Under the pieces are notes generated by a model that had not been told where the DNA came from, did no database searches, and worked only from the letters and a program-made list of their open reading frames with translations. This document shows positions 9,424-19,343 of a stretch of DNA of 64,000 nucleotides, one piece after another. Each line of letters starts with the position of its first letter. Position 1 is the first letter of the stretch. Where the stretch lies: assembly GCA_003249935.1 (NCBI GenBank), contig QKHT01000075.1, positions 2,602-66,601 on the forward strand, written 5' to 3'. The stretch comes from Bacteroidota bacterium. Lineage in GTDB: Bacteria > Bacteroidota > Bacteroidia > Bacteroidales > UBA5342. Both the position numbers and the translations under genes were made by a program.

Positions 9424-10503
9424 GTGAAGAATAATATAATTGGTAAGATTTACAATAGCCCCATTGGTTTTATACGGTTTGCTGCATTTTCTTGGTTTTT
9501 GTTGATATTAGCTACGCATTATTTTGTTCAGGATGGTTTTTCATTGTTACTTGGTTATCTATTCCCGGTAGTTTTATATTCAAGCCATAAATTTGTAACC
9601 AAGCGCGCAAGTTTGTCCTTCGCAATATTTGTTGCATTGGGCTGGGCAATTATGCGATTGTATAGTGCAAATCACGTTTTACCATCAGGTTTTTTATATA
9701 GTTATATCATTTCTGTGTGTGGGGTTATTGTTTTTGTGGCTTATTTAGTGGCTATTATACGCGATGAACAAATAAAACTTACCAACAGAAACCTCGAATT
9801 GGAAATTCTGAATGCTGAAAAAAACAGAATACTTGGCATTGCGGCCCACGATTTACGTAACCCAATTAGTGTGGCATTAAGTTATTCTGAATTATTATTA
9901 GAAAATGAAACCGATGAGCCGCTATCCAAAGATCAGCGTGATTGTGTAAATAATATTCGAAAAAGTGCTGAAAATACACTTGATTTGCTCGATTCTCTGC
10001 TGCAAATTACACGAATGGATAATCATTCGGTGCATGTGAATATGTCGCCATTTGATTTTGTTTTGGTTGTTAACGAAGTTATTAATTCGCAAACCGTATT
10101 TTGCAAAAGAAAAAAGCAAACGATTCAGTATATAACCAAAATGCCCGAAATTATCGTTAATGCAGATAAAAGTCAGATAATTCAGGTGTTAACCAATTTA
10201 ATTTCTAATGCTATTAAGTACTCTTACTATGGTGGAGAAATAAAGGTGATAGTAGGAATTACCGACGACATGAAATTTGTTTATGCCGATATTATTGATT
10301 TTGGAATGGGTATCAATCCGGAGGAACAAAAAAATGTTTTTGTCCCTTTTTCAAAAACGATGAATGTCCCTACCGGTGGCGAAAAGTCAAGCGGTTTGGG
10401 TTTGTCTATTGCCAAACGAATTATCGAAATTCATGGGGGTAACATGTACTTTGTTAGTGAAACCGGCAAAGGATCGACATTTTCGTTTAGGATACCATTG
10501 TAA
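9424..10503 (+). CDS. Membrane sensor histidine kinase
   Basis: About four N-terminal TM helices, an H-box (AAHDLRNPIS) and HATPase_c N/G boxes (NLISNAIKYS, DFGMGI, GLGLSIAK). Confidence 0.85.
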   Translation: MKNNIIGKIYNSPIGFIRFAAFSWFLLILATHYFVQDGFSLLLGYLFPVVLYSSHKFVTKRASLSFAIFVALGWAIMRLYSANHVLPSGFLYSYIISVCGVIVFVAYLVAIIRDEQIKLTNRNLELEILNAEKNRILGIAAHDLRNPISVALSYSELLLENETDEPLSKDQRDCVNNIRKSAENTLDLLDSLLQITRMDNHSVHVNMSPFDFVLVVNEVINSQTVFCKRKKQTIQYITKMPEIIVNADKSQIIQVLTNLISNAIKYSYYGGEIKVIVGITDDMKFVYADIIDFGMGINPEEQKNVFVPFSKTMNVPTGGEKSSGLGLSIAKRIIEIHGGNMYFVSETGKGSTFSFRIPL

Positions 10504-10519
10504 TTAACCGGTTTAGTTT

Positions 10520-11812
10520 TCAATGTTTTTTTTGTTTGAACCTTTTGTAAACGATCGAAAGGGCGTCGATGTCGGTTTTGGATGGCAATAATTGCGATAT
10601 TCTTATTTTGGTAATCAAAACAAACACAATAAGCTGGTAAGATGCAGCTGCAAAATAAGCAAGTGACGTAACGATTGCTGCACCTGTTAATCCGTAGTAT
10701 TTCAAGGCCGGAACTACAAGAATAATTGTAAATGCCAAACCTGCACCCGAAGCCCTTGTATTATGCTTAGGCTTGCCGGTTCCCGAAAAGTAATGACTCA
10801 GTATATTGTTGACAGATAGGGCAATAACACCCGGCGATAAGATCATTATTGTAAATTGAACCCCATAAAAATCTTTACCAAAAATAGCAAAAAGCGAAGC
10901 AGGCAATGCAATAATCAACAACAGCACAACCGATGTTAGTGTGACCGCAATTTTTAATAGCTGCAAGGTTATTTCGGTGTTATACCGGCTGCTGTTTTGA
11001 TTGGATAACCGTGCAAATAATACTGTAGAAATACTGTTACTGATAATGTTAACCCCCTCAACCAATTGTAATGAAAGATTGTAAACACCAAGAACAGATT
11101 TTCCCAATGTACCGTTAATAAAGTAAAAGCTGAATCTTCGGTTCACCAAATGAAAAAAACTGGCCAATTGCGCTTTTGAGCCAAACTGCCATAACTCATT
11201 GAATGTTTGTTGCGAAATGCCGAACCTCACGTTCTTCTCCGTTCCGAATACAAATAACACCGATAATAAGGCAGATACAGTGTAGGAAGTTGTAAGTGAC
11301 CAGATGTAGACTTCGGCACCGGTTCGGTTCAACCCAAAAATAAGACATGATAGTACACCTGCAAAAATCAACATCTGTATCATTGACAGTGTGTTGTACT
11401 TTTGTACATCTTCTTTAGCCAATATTACATAGCTGTGTATCCCCGAAATACCGTATAACAACACCAGTATCGGCAGCCAAACCACTAAGCCTTCGGGTAA
11501 AATAAGCCCCGAAATTGTATCAAAAAATGTCAGTGCAATTCCGGCAACAATCGTTACAACCATAAATAACGCAAGCCATAAATAGGTGACTGTAAGTATC
11601 TCGCCAATTTGTTTGCGTGGCAGGTAATAGACTATGGCCGAACCTGCTACGGTTTCGGCAATAAGCATTAGCACACTTAAATCGAGCATAAACAGCGCGA
11701 TACGGCCGTACGCTTCGGCCCCGAGATAACGCGAGCTGAGAATGGCAATAACCAGTGTTAAAATGGCATTTAAAAACCTTACAACAGCCGTATGAAGTAT
11801 GTTTTTAAACAT
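10520..11812 (-). CDS. Wzx-like polysaccharide/oligosaccharide flippase (MOP superfamily)
   Basis: Polytopic protein with at least 10 TM helices and a typical Wzx length. The start is placed at the internal ATG (MFKNILHTAV...), giving an 8-nt overlap with the upstream gene. The ORF-track start at 11875 would overlap by 71 nt. Confidence 0.75.
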   Translation of the reverse strand: MFKNILHTAVVRFLNAILTLVIAILSSRYLGAEAYGRIALFMLDLSVLMLIAETVAGSAIVYYLPRKQIGEILTVTYLWLALFMVVTIVAGIALTFFDTISGLILPEGLVVWLPILVLLYGISGIHSYVILAKEDVQKYNTLSMIQMLIFAGVLSCLIFGLNRTGAEVYIWSLTTSYTVSALLSVLFVFGTEKNVRFGISQQTFNELWQFGSKAQLASFFHLVNRRFSFYFINGTLGKSVLGVYNLSLQLVEGVNIISNSISTVLFARLSNQNSSRYNTEITLQLLKIAVTLTSVVLLLIIALPASLFAIFGKDFYGVQFTIMILSPGVIALSVNNILSHYFSGTGKPKHNTRASGAGLAFTIILVVPALKYYGLTGAAIVTSLAYFAAASYQLIVFVLITKIRISQLLPSKTDIDALSIVYKRFKQKKH

Positions 11813-13442
11813 TGTTGATACGTTTTTTGAGGTTCCACCAAAGGCTGTATTGATTGAATCGCAATTGTTTGCCATCGTGCAAAATGCCTCTTTCTGTGAT
11901 GTTTACAGTATGTATGCCTTTATTCCATGGTTGAACCGGAAGGCACTCGCCGTAGTATTTTTCTTCAAAAGTTTCGGGCGTTAGTTTCACAATTTCCATT
12001 AGTATTGTTTTCGAGCCGTAGCCATGTTCCGAATTTTGTGCCGGTCTGATTAGTTTACCTTCCAAAACAAATGGTAATCCGGCAGGTCGGGCATCAACAA
12101 CCGAAATTTTTACCGGATTGTGTGGGTGCATTTGCCATGCACTGTTAATCGGGTTTTGGCTGAACCAAATGTGAAGTTCTTCGTTGGCTAACGGCACTTT
12201 TGTGAAAAACATCCACCATAAACCGTTGTAAAAGAATATTGTAGGGTCTGCCGCTTCTATGTTTTTCAACAAGGTTTTTACGAAAACCAGCTTTCGTTTT
12301 TCGAGGTTATATTTGTATAGCCGTATCTCTTTCATCGCGCTTGTTTCGGGAATGCAATAGTGTTCGTTTTCGTACTCAAAGGGACATGGATACGATAGGT
12401 GAAACGGTTCTTCGAGAATACATTCTGTGTATCCGTTTTCGGTATCATATTGATTGATTGTGCCTTTGCCGGTTCTGTAATCAAAATGTTCGTACCAAAT
12501 ACCATATTTTGTGTAAAAAGGATCGGCCATAAATACCGCTGCATGTTTTTTTGGAAATATCCATTGCGATTCTCTTTCCAATTTTGCCGGATTATTGCTT
12601 TGGTTAATACCAATGCTCCAATCTTCGGCGGTTAAATACTTTTCGTAATAAAAACTCAATCGGTTCATTGTTAGTTTTGTAATAAACCATATCATCTGCA
12701 AATTATTGGGGGCTTTGTATAATTTGCCCTTATTTGCCGGGGTTTCAAAGTTTGCAGGGTTACCGGTTTGCAGCATTCGGCATATTTTTGAAGGCCAGCT
12801 TGCCGATGCAAAATAGGTTTGATTAATTTGCTGATTCCAAGAGTGTTTAATGGTCGGGAAATAACCTTTTTGTAAAATTAAGCCACCATCAAGTTTTTCG
12901 GTAAGTTGTTGCAGTATTGAACCGGTTATGGCATCGTTTCGATAAATTTCCCAAAAACCCGGTGGTAAACCGCGATATTTGGTTTCATCATCGTGGTGAA
13001 ACGACCAAACGCCATATTTTGCTAACGTAAGTATTTCTCCCTTTAATATATCGTATCCAAAGCGCAGAATAAAATCCACTGAAAATGAACCAATTTCTTT
13101 TAATTGTTCGGAAGTAAAGGTATTGAACGGGCCATGTTGCTTTGGTTCAACCGAAATAATGGCACCGTTAAATGTAATGGCATCGAAAGAAATTACCTGC
13201 TTCGCCTCCGGCTTGAACAGAAACCGATGGTAGAGGTTAAATAACAGGTTATGCCACTGGTAGTTGCGCAATTTTTTAGAAAGGCTCTGCTTAACCGCAG
13301 TTTCCGGTCGCGAAATACACAATACAAACAGATGGCCATCTACCATAAGCTGGCGAATCGCCTCGGCCATCCAGGCTTCGAGATATAGTCCGTCTAACAT
13401 TACGGCGAATCGGAATGGTTGTGACAATTGGTTCTGTTTCAT
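11805..13442 (-). CDS. Fusion protein: formyltransferase-like N-domain plus a C-terminal propeller-like domain (ADPF motif family)
   Basis: N-terminal half: FSVDFILRFGYDIL, SFHHDD..YRGLPPGFW and TGSILQQLTEKLDGGLILQ resemble Formyl_trans_N motifs. C-terminal half: FMADPFYTKYG... resembles the GH43-like family annotated as glucosamine inositolphosphorylceramide transferase-like. This is from memory and unverified. Confidence 0.55.
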   Translation of the reverse strand: MKQNQLSQPFRFAVMLDGLYLEAWMAEAIRQLMVDGHLFVLCISRPETAVKQSLSKKLRNYQWHNLLFNLYHRFLFKPEAKQVISFDAITFNGAIISVEPKQHGPFNTFTSEQLKEIGSFSVDFILRFGYDILKGEILTLAKYGVWSFHHDDETKYRGLPPGFWEIYRNDAITGSILQQLTEKLDGGLILQKGYFPTIKHSWNQQINQTYFASASWPSKICRMLQTGNPANFETPANKGKLYKAPNNLQMIWFITKLTMNRLSFYYEKYLTAEDWSIGINQSNNPAKLERESQWIFPKKHAAVFMADPFYTKYGIWYEHFDYRTGKGTINQYDTENGYTECILEEPFHLSYPCPFEYENEHYCIPETSAMKEIRLYKYNLEKRKLVFVKTLLKNIEAADPTIFFYNGLWWMFFTKVPLANEELHIWFSQNPINSAWQMHPHNPVKISVVDARPAGLPFVLEGKLIRPAQNSEHGYGSKTILMEIVKLTPETFEEKYYGECLPVQPWNKGIHTVNITERGILHDGKQLRFNQYSLWWNLKKRINNV

Positions 13443-14644
13443 TTTAGTTGCGTAAAATCATTCAATGGTCGTTTGGTGGATTTTTGCTCGAAATTGTACA
13501 CCACACTATCGTAATAGGCTTTAATTTGACCACCAACTACTTCAGTCGAAAACAGGTGCTTAACCCTGTGGTGCAATGTTTTGGAATCGTAAGTTCTGAA
13601 TGTCGCAAGCATGGTTTTTATGGCTTGTTCCAGAGCATGCGTATCGCCCGATTCGAAAAAGAGTCCGAATTGGTCATTAATAACAATTTCGGGACATCCT
13701 TGCTTGGTACAAACAATAGGTTTGCCGTAAAATAGTGCTTCAACCGGTGCTAATCCAAACGTTTCGTAGGGACTGTTAGAAATGTAAAAAGCACAATTTT
13801 CGTAAAACCGGGGCATATTTGCATTGTTCTGTCGGCCAACAAATGTCACACGTTCTTTTAAATCACCGGTATTACAAATTTCTCTGAGTTGCGTTTCATC
13901 CGGACCACCACCAACAACGACTAATTTAAACGATTGCCATTGCGATACCCGATTCAACGCTTCGAACAAGGCAAACAGATCTTTATCTTTATCCACTAAA
14001 TCCGAAACGATGAGTATTTGCGGGGTTTGCCCTGTTGGAAACGCGTTTAGATTGCCTGGTTCAAAGCCGATTATGTTGGGTATAATTTTGCCTTTGTTCC
14101 GAACCGGTAATCCGGCATTCTGCATATCGTGCAACAGGCGTTCGGATACTGTTACAACGCCATTACTTTTTTGTGTGAGATACCTGAATAGTCGTTTCTG
14201 TATGTTTGACCGATAGATGTAATATGGCATTTTGTAGCCCGACCAGTGTTCGAATATGACCCAGGGACAGCCGTAGATTTTGCTTACTATAAATGCTGTT
14301 AACCATGTGCGGAATGGCGCATGGGCCACAATTAAGGTTGGTTTACTGAACCATTTACTTGCTTTATATATGCCTTTATATATCGCCAGAATGTATTTTA
14401 AAGTGTTAATCCATTGGTGTTTACTTTCCCGAAAGTAGACAATGATTTCGACGATATTGTTGTTTTGCGAAACTACAATCGGATTACCTAAACGATTATT
14501 CGTTGATTTGGCAAAAACCACCACATGCTTATATGGTTCACCCACCGAATAAATATGTTTTTGTATGAACACACCACTTTGCACATCGGTACAATTGGGA
14601 TACCAACGGGGCAAATGGAGTACTACCGGTTCATTTTTAAACAT
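13439..14644 (-). CDS. Glycosyltransferase family 4 (GT-B, group 1)
   Basis: 401 aa with the C-terminal GT1 signature region (GRQNNANMPRFYENCAFYISNSPYETFGLAPVEALFYGKP). ATGA overlap with the downstream gene. Confidence 0.8.
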   Translation of the reverse strand: MFKNEPVVLHLPRWYPNCTDVQSGVFIQKHIYSVGEPYKHVVVFAKSTNNRLGNPIVVSQNNNIVEIIVYFRESKHQWINTLKYILAIYKGIYKASKWFSKPTLIVAHAPFRTWLTAFIVSKIYGCPWVIFEHWSGYKMPYYIYRSNIQKRLFRYLTQKSNGVVTVSERLLHDMQNAGLPVRNKGKIIPNIIGFEPGNLNAFPTGQTPQILIVSDLVDKDKDLFALFEALNRVSQWQSFKLVVVGGGPDETQLREICNTGDLKERVTFVGRQNNANMPRFYENCAFYISNSPYETFGLAPVEALFYGKPIVCTKQGCPEIVINDQFGLFFESGDTHALEQAIKTMLATFRTYDSKTLHHRVKHLFSTEVVGGQIKAYYDSVVYNFEQKSTKRPLNDFTQLK

Positions 14645-14650
14645 AAAGCG

Positions 14651-15460
14651 CTATTTCAATGGTGAGTCGGGTTCTTTGGCCATGTGATTATAAGCGAGTT
14701 GGTCCAATAGTCTTGGAAATATTTTTTTAAGAAAAACGGTGACTTTCCCCTCAATAAATGTAAGAATCAGTGTCGATTTTCTTTTTCTGATGGCATTGTA
14801 CACGTGTTTGGCTACTTTTTCAGCCGTCATCATTTTATCTTCGGCACGTGGTGTTTCGCCTTGTGGTGTGCCGTTGGCGGTGAGTGCCGAAAAGCGAACG
14901 TTTGATGCGGTAAATCCTGGTGCTGCAATGAGCACATGAAGTCCCTTTTTGAGATTTTCGATTCGCAGGGTTTCGAGAAAGCCATGCATAGCAAATTTAC
15001 TTGCCGAATAGCCTGTTCGTCCGGGCAATCCCACAAAGCCTGCAATACTCGATATGCCAACCAACGAACCTTTTGATTGCAATAAATACGGTAAGGCGTA
15101 TTTTGTGCAATATACCGTGCCCCAAAAGTTGATGTCCATCAGCCTTTTAAGTACTTCGATATCGGCATCTAAAAAGTTGGCACGCATGGATATTCCGGCA
15201 TTATTTATCAGAATGTCGATATGGCCATAATGTTCAATTGTTTTGTTTATCAGATTTTTACAATCGGCTTCAACCGAAACATCTGTTTTTACTGCCAACG
15301 CTTTGCAACCGCTTGATGTTAAGATGGCTGCTTCTTTTTCGATTATTTCTGTTGTTCGGGCGGCCAATACCACGTCCGAACCCATTGATGCAAAATGTTT
15401 TATGAGTGCTAAACCGATACCCGAAGAGGCACCGGTAACGATCACAACTTTGTTTTTCAT
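14651..15460 (-). CDS. Classical SDR-family oxidoreductase
   Basis: TGASSGIG cofactor motif, NNAG and the YSASK catalytic motif. Confidence 0.9.
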   Translation of the reverse strand: MKNKVVIVTGASSGIGLALIKHFASMGSDVVLAARTTEIIEKEAAILTSSGCKALAVKTDVSVEADCKNLINKTIEHYGHIDILINNAGISMRANFLDADIEVLKRLMDINFWGTVYCTKYALPYLLQSKGSLVGISSIAGFVGLPGRTGYSASKFAMHGFLETLRIENLKKGLHVLIAAPGFTASNVRFSALTANGTPQGETPRAEDKMMTAEKVAKHVYNAIRKRKSTLILTFIEGKVTVFLKKIFPRLLDQLAYNHMAKEPDSPLK

Positions 15461-15604
15461 GTATGTTATTGCTATTACTAACTACAAAAATATCATTTAA
15501 TGTGTGCTGCGCCAATTATTGCGATTTTTTTTAAGGAGATGAACCCATTTTAAAAACATTTGGTGTTTGGTACTGCTGAACTTGTGCCTTGAAAAGTTTA
15601 ATAT

Positions 15605-15612
15605 TACTTTTG
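15605..15612 (+). promoter_or_regulatory. Candidate -7 box TACTTTTG
   Basis: Matches TAnnTTTG 29 nt upstream of the ATG at 15641. Confidence 0.35.
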
Positions 15613-15640
15613 TGGTTCAAAAAAAATTAATAGAAAAACT

Positions 15641-16093
15641 ATGATACAACGTATTCAATCTCTGTTTTTATTGGCTGCAACGGTGTTAACAGGCTTAATA
15701 TTTGCAACGTCACTACTTACAATTAATGCGCCGCAAGGTTTATTTACGCTTACATCTGTGGCTTTGAAAGACGCAACAGGTCAGGTTATTTTATCGGTAT
15801 TTCCATTAACAATTCTTGTTGGTTTGATGTTTGCCGGATCGGTTATCACTATATTTTTGTTTAAAAACCGAATGTTGCAAATTAGAATTATAGTGTTTAC
15901 CATGGTGTTGAATGCTGGTTTTTATGCTTTGTTTTTCTTTTATCTTAGTGCTGTGAAAAAGCAAATTTCAGGTGAAATATCTTATGAGGTTTCCACTATT
16001 ATGCCCATCATTAACCTTATATTGCTTTTTCTTGCCATGAGAGCCATCGGAAAAGACGAAGCATTAGTCCGTAGTTTGGAACGGATTCGATAA
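15641..16093 (+). CDS. DUF4293-like small integral membrane protein
   Basis: 150 aa with four TM helices. The MIQRIQSLFLL start is characteristic of the Bacteroidota DUF4293 family, as far as I recall. Confidence 0.6.
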   Translation: MIQRIQSLFLLAATVLTGLIFATSLLTINAPQGLFTLTSVALKDATGQVILSVFPLTILVGLMFAGSVITIFLFKNRMLQIRIIVFTMVLNAGFYALFFFYLSAVKKQISGEISYEVSTIMPIINLILLFLAMRAIGKDEALVRSLERIR

Positions 16094-16120
16094 GAAACAA
16101 AAAGCCGATTCGGTTCTTTT

Positions 16121-16165
16121 ATCCCGGTAACTTATTACGTGTAAGTTTCCGGGATATTTTTTTTT
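16121..16165 (+). terminator. Rho-independent terminator
   Basis: ATCCCGGTAACTTA pairs with TAAGTTTCCGGGAT (one mismatch) and is followed by T9. Confidence 0.8.
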
Positions 16166-16198
16166 GAACTGACAAGTTTTTTGTGAATATTTATTGCT

Positions 16199-18442
16199 TC
16201 AATTTTGGTTAGTGGCTTTAAATACAGGGTTTTTGTAGGGTAATGTTATGGTAAACTTACTGTAAGATTTTCCATCACTTTGAACGGACAGATTTCCACC
16301 AATCGCAATGATTAATCCTCTACTTACGGCGAGTCCGATACCGAGTCCGTCTTTACTTTTCATTTGGTCTTCATCACGATAAAAATTTTCGAATATTCGT
16401 TCTCTTATTTCGTCGGAAATGCCCGGTCCGGTATCCGAAACATTAATCATGACCATATCTGTGTTAACGTCAACATGCGATTCGAGTACAATTTCACCTG
16501 CATGTGTAAATTTGAAAGCATTGTTTAAGAGTTTAAAAATCACTTGTTTTACAATTAACTCATCTGTTTCGAATGTAAAGTTTTTAATGCGCGAATCGGT
16601 TTGTGTTTTGAAAATTATATTTTCGTTATTAGCCGTATTTAAGGTGTTTATCAACGGTTTAATGTGGTAAATCATGGCTGCCAAATCTGTTTGAGCCATC
16701 GAAATAGCTATGGTGTCGGATTGAATGCGAGCCAAATCGGTAATGCTTTCGAGTAGCATAAGTAGCCCTTCTCCCGAGTTTTTTATGATATTCAGATAAG
16801 ACAAACTTGTCTCATTTAGCTCCTCTTCGTTGAGCATAAACTCCGAAAAGCCGATTATTGCATTCAGTGGCGTACGATACTCGTGCGAGAGATTTAGCAG
16901 GAATGCATTTTTTAATTTATCACTTTCTTCTGCTTTTCTAAACGCTTCGCTTAGTTCGATTTTTGCTTTTACCCGATCCGAAATATCGTGTATAATGGCA
17001 AGTTGTAGTTTTTTATTTTTTAGGGTAATGCCACCAATATACATCTCTATGTCGTTTGTTTCCTGATTTTTGTTTATCGATTTAAGCAAAACACGCTCAT
17101 CTATTGCTTGGGTAAGGCTGTTAAGGCCGGTTTTAATTGATTTGGGTTCGAGTATCTGGGTAAAACTAATTGTTTTGGATTTGTATTCTTTCTGAGAATA
17201 TCCAAAAAAATTTGTGGCTTGCAGATTCCCTTCAACAATTCGCTTGGTTATCGGGTCAATAATAAGCATAATGGCTTTATTCTGATGAAACAATACTTCA
17301 AACTTATTTTTGTCCTCCTTTAGCAGGTATTTTATCCTTCGGGTATGTAACATCCAGATTATCAGTGCTACAATGACCAGATTCAACATTAATAATGTGT
17401 AAAACAATACATTAGGTTTGTTGTGCTTGTCGAATAACCTAAATGTAATATCATTATTTACAATTACACCGCTACCCAAATTCTCCGTTGAGTATCCATA
17501 TTTGGATAAAACTTCTCTGTCGACAATGGCCGGCATATCGATATTGGTTTTCAATGGAAACGCTTTAATGTCTTTTCCATCCAATATCTGAGACGCAATA
17601 TCAAATGCTTCTTTCGCCTGTAATTGATGGTCAGAAAAAACACCGCCCGCAATCCCATTCCCAAGTTGGGCAAGCCATGTGTGATAAACCGGCACATGAG
17701 CCTTGTCTGTAATGGCCTGTAATGTTGAATAAAAAGGGAGGTTTGTTCCGCTTTTATCCGTATATGCCCCAAGCAACAAAAAAGCTTTATGTCCGTAAAT
17801 TTTATCAATTTTTTCTAATAGTGTCGATAGAAACATGTTTTCAAGCGAGTATACCGAGAATTTTGTCGGGTGATACTTGGATGCAATATCGAAAAAGTTT
17901 CTCAATTCGGTTTTAGATGTTTCGGTTTTGTCGGCAATTGCTATAATTTCATCAACTGACGGGTCAATTTTTTTAATTAAATCAATGGTTTTTTCAATTT
18001 GAAACTGCTCTGCAATGCCGGTGTAATTTGGAATTTTGCTGTACCTGATTGCTGTATCAATATTATTAATACCCCAAAATATTACCGGTGCACCGTTGAA
18101 CAATGATTTGTGATATTTATTTACAAATTTCAGTGCATTATCGTCGGCTGCAATCACCATATCGATGCGTGGAATTGATGCGTATTTTATTTTGAGATTG
18201 TTATATAATACGGTGTCATAAGTTGGGTTAAAAACATTTTTACTGTCAAGAAAATCGATGTCAAAATTTACATCTTTGTGGCTATTTATAAAGTCCTGAA
18301 TAACCGGCCTTACTCTTTTAAATGTTGGAAAGTTGTAACTATAGGAAAATACCAGACGTACATTAGTATTGGCTGAACCTATTGCATAAACAATAAGAAA
18401 GCTTATCATCAATATCCATTTTTTTCTCTGGCTTCTACTCAT
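16199..18442 (-). CDS. Sensor histidine kinase with a periplasmic solute-binding-like domain, TM, PAS, HisKA and HATPase
   Basis: 747 aa. After the signal/TM there are about 330 aa of periplasmic domain resembling ABC substrate-binding folds. These are followed by a TM helix, a PAS-like region, an H-box (SHEYRTPLNAI) and N/G boxes. Confidence 0.85.
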   Translation of the reverse strand: MSRSQRKKWILMISFLIVYAIGSANTNVRLVFSYSYNFPTFKRVRPVIQDFINSHKDVNFDIDFLDSKNVFNPTYDTVLYNNLKIKYASIPRIDMVIAADDNALKFVNKYHKSLFNGAPVIFWGINNIDTAIRYSKIPNYTGIAEQFQIEKTIDLIKKIDPSVDEIIAIADKTETSKTELRNFFDIASKYHPTKFSVYSLENMFLSTLLEKIDKIYGHKAFLLLGAYTDKSGTNLPFYSTLQAITDKAHVPVYHTWLAQLGNGIAGGVFSDHQLQAKEAFDIASQILDGKDIKAFPLKTNIDMPAIVDREVLSKYGYSTENLGSGVIVNNDITFRLFDKHNKPNVLFYTLLMLNLVIVALIIWMLHTRRIKYLLKEDKNKFEVLFHQNKAIMLIIDPITKRIVEGNLQATNFFGYSQKEYKSKTISFTQILEPKSIKTGLNSLTQAIDERVLLKSINKNQETNDIEMYIGGITLKNKKLQLAIIHDISDRVKAKIELSEAFRKAEESDKLKNAFLLNLSHEYRTPLNAIIGFSEFMLNEEELNETSLSYLNIIKNSGEGLLMLLESITDLARIQSDTIAISMAQTDLAAMIYHIKPLINTLNTANNENIIFKTQTDSRIKNFTFETDELIVKQVIFKLLNNAFKFTHAGEIVLESHVDVNTDMVMINVSDTGPGISDEIRERIFENFYRDEDQMKSKDGLGIGLAVSRGLIIAIGGNLSVQSDGKSYSKFTITLPYKNPVFKATNQN

Positions 18443-18655
18443 TTTTGTAACATGTACAAATGAATTTCAAATATATTAATAATTTGTAATATACAAAGTA
18501 TTGTTTTAATTCAAAGTAAATTATTTGTGTTTTTAATATGTTGTTTTGTGCAAACTTAAAATTGTCTATTCGCAAAAAGAGTTAGGCGTTACATATAAAA
18601 TTGGTTCATTGAACTAATCTATTACAAGATATTCATCAAATATATTGACAATAAA

Positions 18656-19027
18656 TTAACAATGCTTGGCCTTATTAATTTTTTTCAAAAAGTCCTGAGC
18701 CATGGTTTTTCCTCTGTGTTTGGCTTTTTCGGCATTTGGTCCTTCAAAAAGAGTGTCTACAGTTCCGGACCAAACATTGTACCAATGGTCGAAATCCTTG
18801 GCATCGAGGTTCATACTAAAGTGTATTTTGTCGGGTTTACCCTGATAGGTCATTTCTTTTAATACGATGGTTTGCCAAAAACTTGAAAGTCGCTCAATAT
18901 GTTCGTCCCAATGTTCGGACAAATGGGGCGCAAATTTATTTTTTAAATCGTTATTCGCTAAAACATTATTGTAAAATGTTGTGACCAACAATTTAATGTC
19001 AGTCTTGTTTTTGATGTCCTGTTTCAT
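18656..19027 (-). CDS. Truncated-hemoglobin-like (group III globin-like) protein
   Basis: 123 aa and helical. The FY..V..D..L...F, W..H...L..FW and H pattern is typical of bacterial truncated globins. Not verified. Confidence 0.55.
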   Translation of the reverse strand: MKQDIKNKTDIKLLVTTFYNNVLANNDLKNKFAPHLSEHWDEHIERLSSFWQTIVLKEMTYQGKPDKIHFSMNLDAKDFDHWYNVWSGTVDTLFEGPNAEKAKHRGKTMAQDFLKKINKAKHC

Positions 19028-19158
19028 ATTTTTATTTGTTTACACTTGCAAATATAACAGTAGGGTATGGGTTTTCACGCTTTAAAAAATGTTTAATTGC
19101 ATATTTACGTAATAAAATTGGTAAGTTTGCGAGTGTTCTTATTTTAATTTTTTAAGGT

Positions 19159-19329
19159 ATGAAAGAAATTGTATTAGAATTCATGGTTAATAGTGGAAAG
19201 CCACTTAAATGCGGTGAAATTGCAGAGGCTTTAAATGCCGATAAAGTGGCTGTTGATAAGGCTATTAAAGAACTGGTTAAAGAGGGAAAAGCCGAATCGC
19301 CAAAACGTTGTTTTTACATCGCAAAATAG
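19159..19329 (+). CDS. Small (56 aa) winged-helix-like protein; not in the ORF track because it is under 60 aa
   Basis: ATG at 19159 and TAG at 19327-19329. Translation: MKEIVLEFMVNSGKPLKCGEIAEALNADKVAVDKAIKELVKEGKAESPKRCFYIAK, an HTH-like helix-turn-helix-wing layout. Confidence 0.4.
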   Translation: MKEIVLEFMVNSGKPLKCGEIAEALNADKVAVDKAIKELVKEGKAESPKRCFYIAK

Positions 19330-19343
19330 TACCTTTACCTGTA

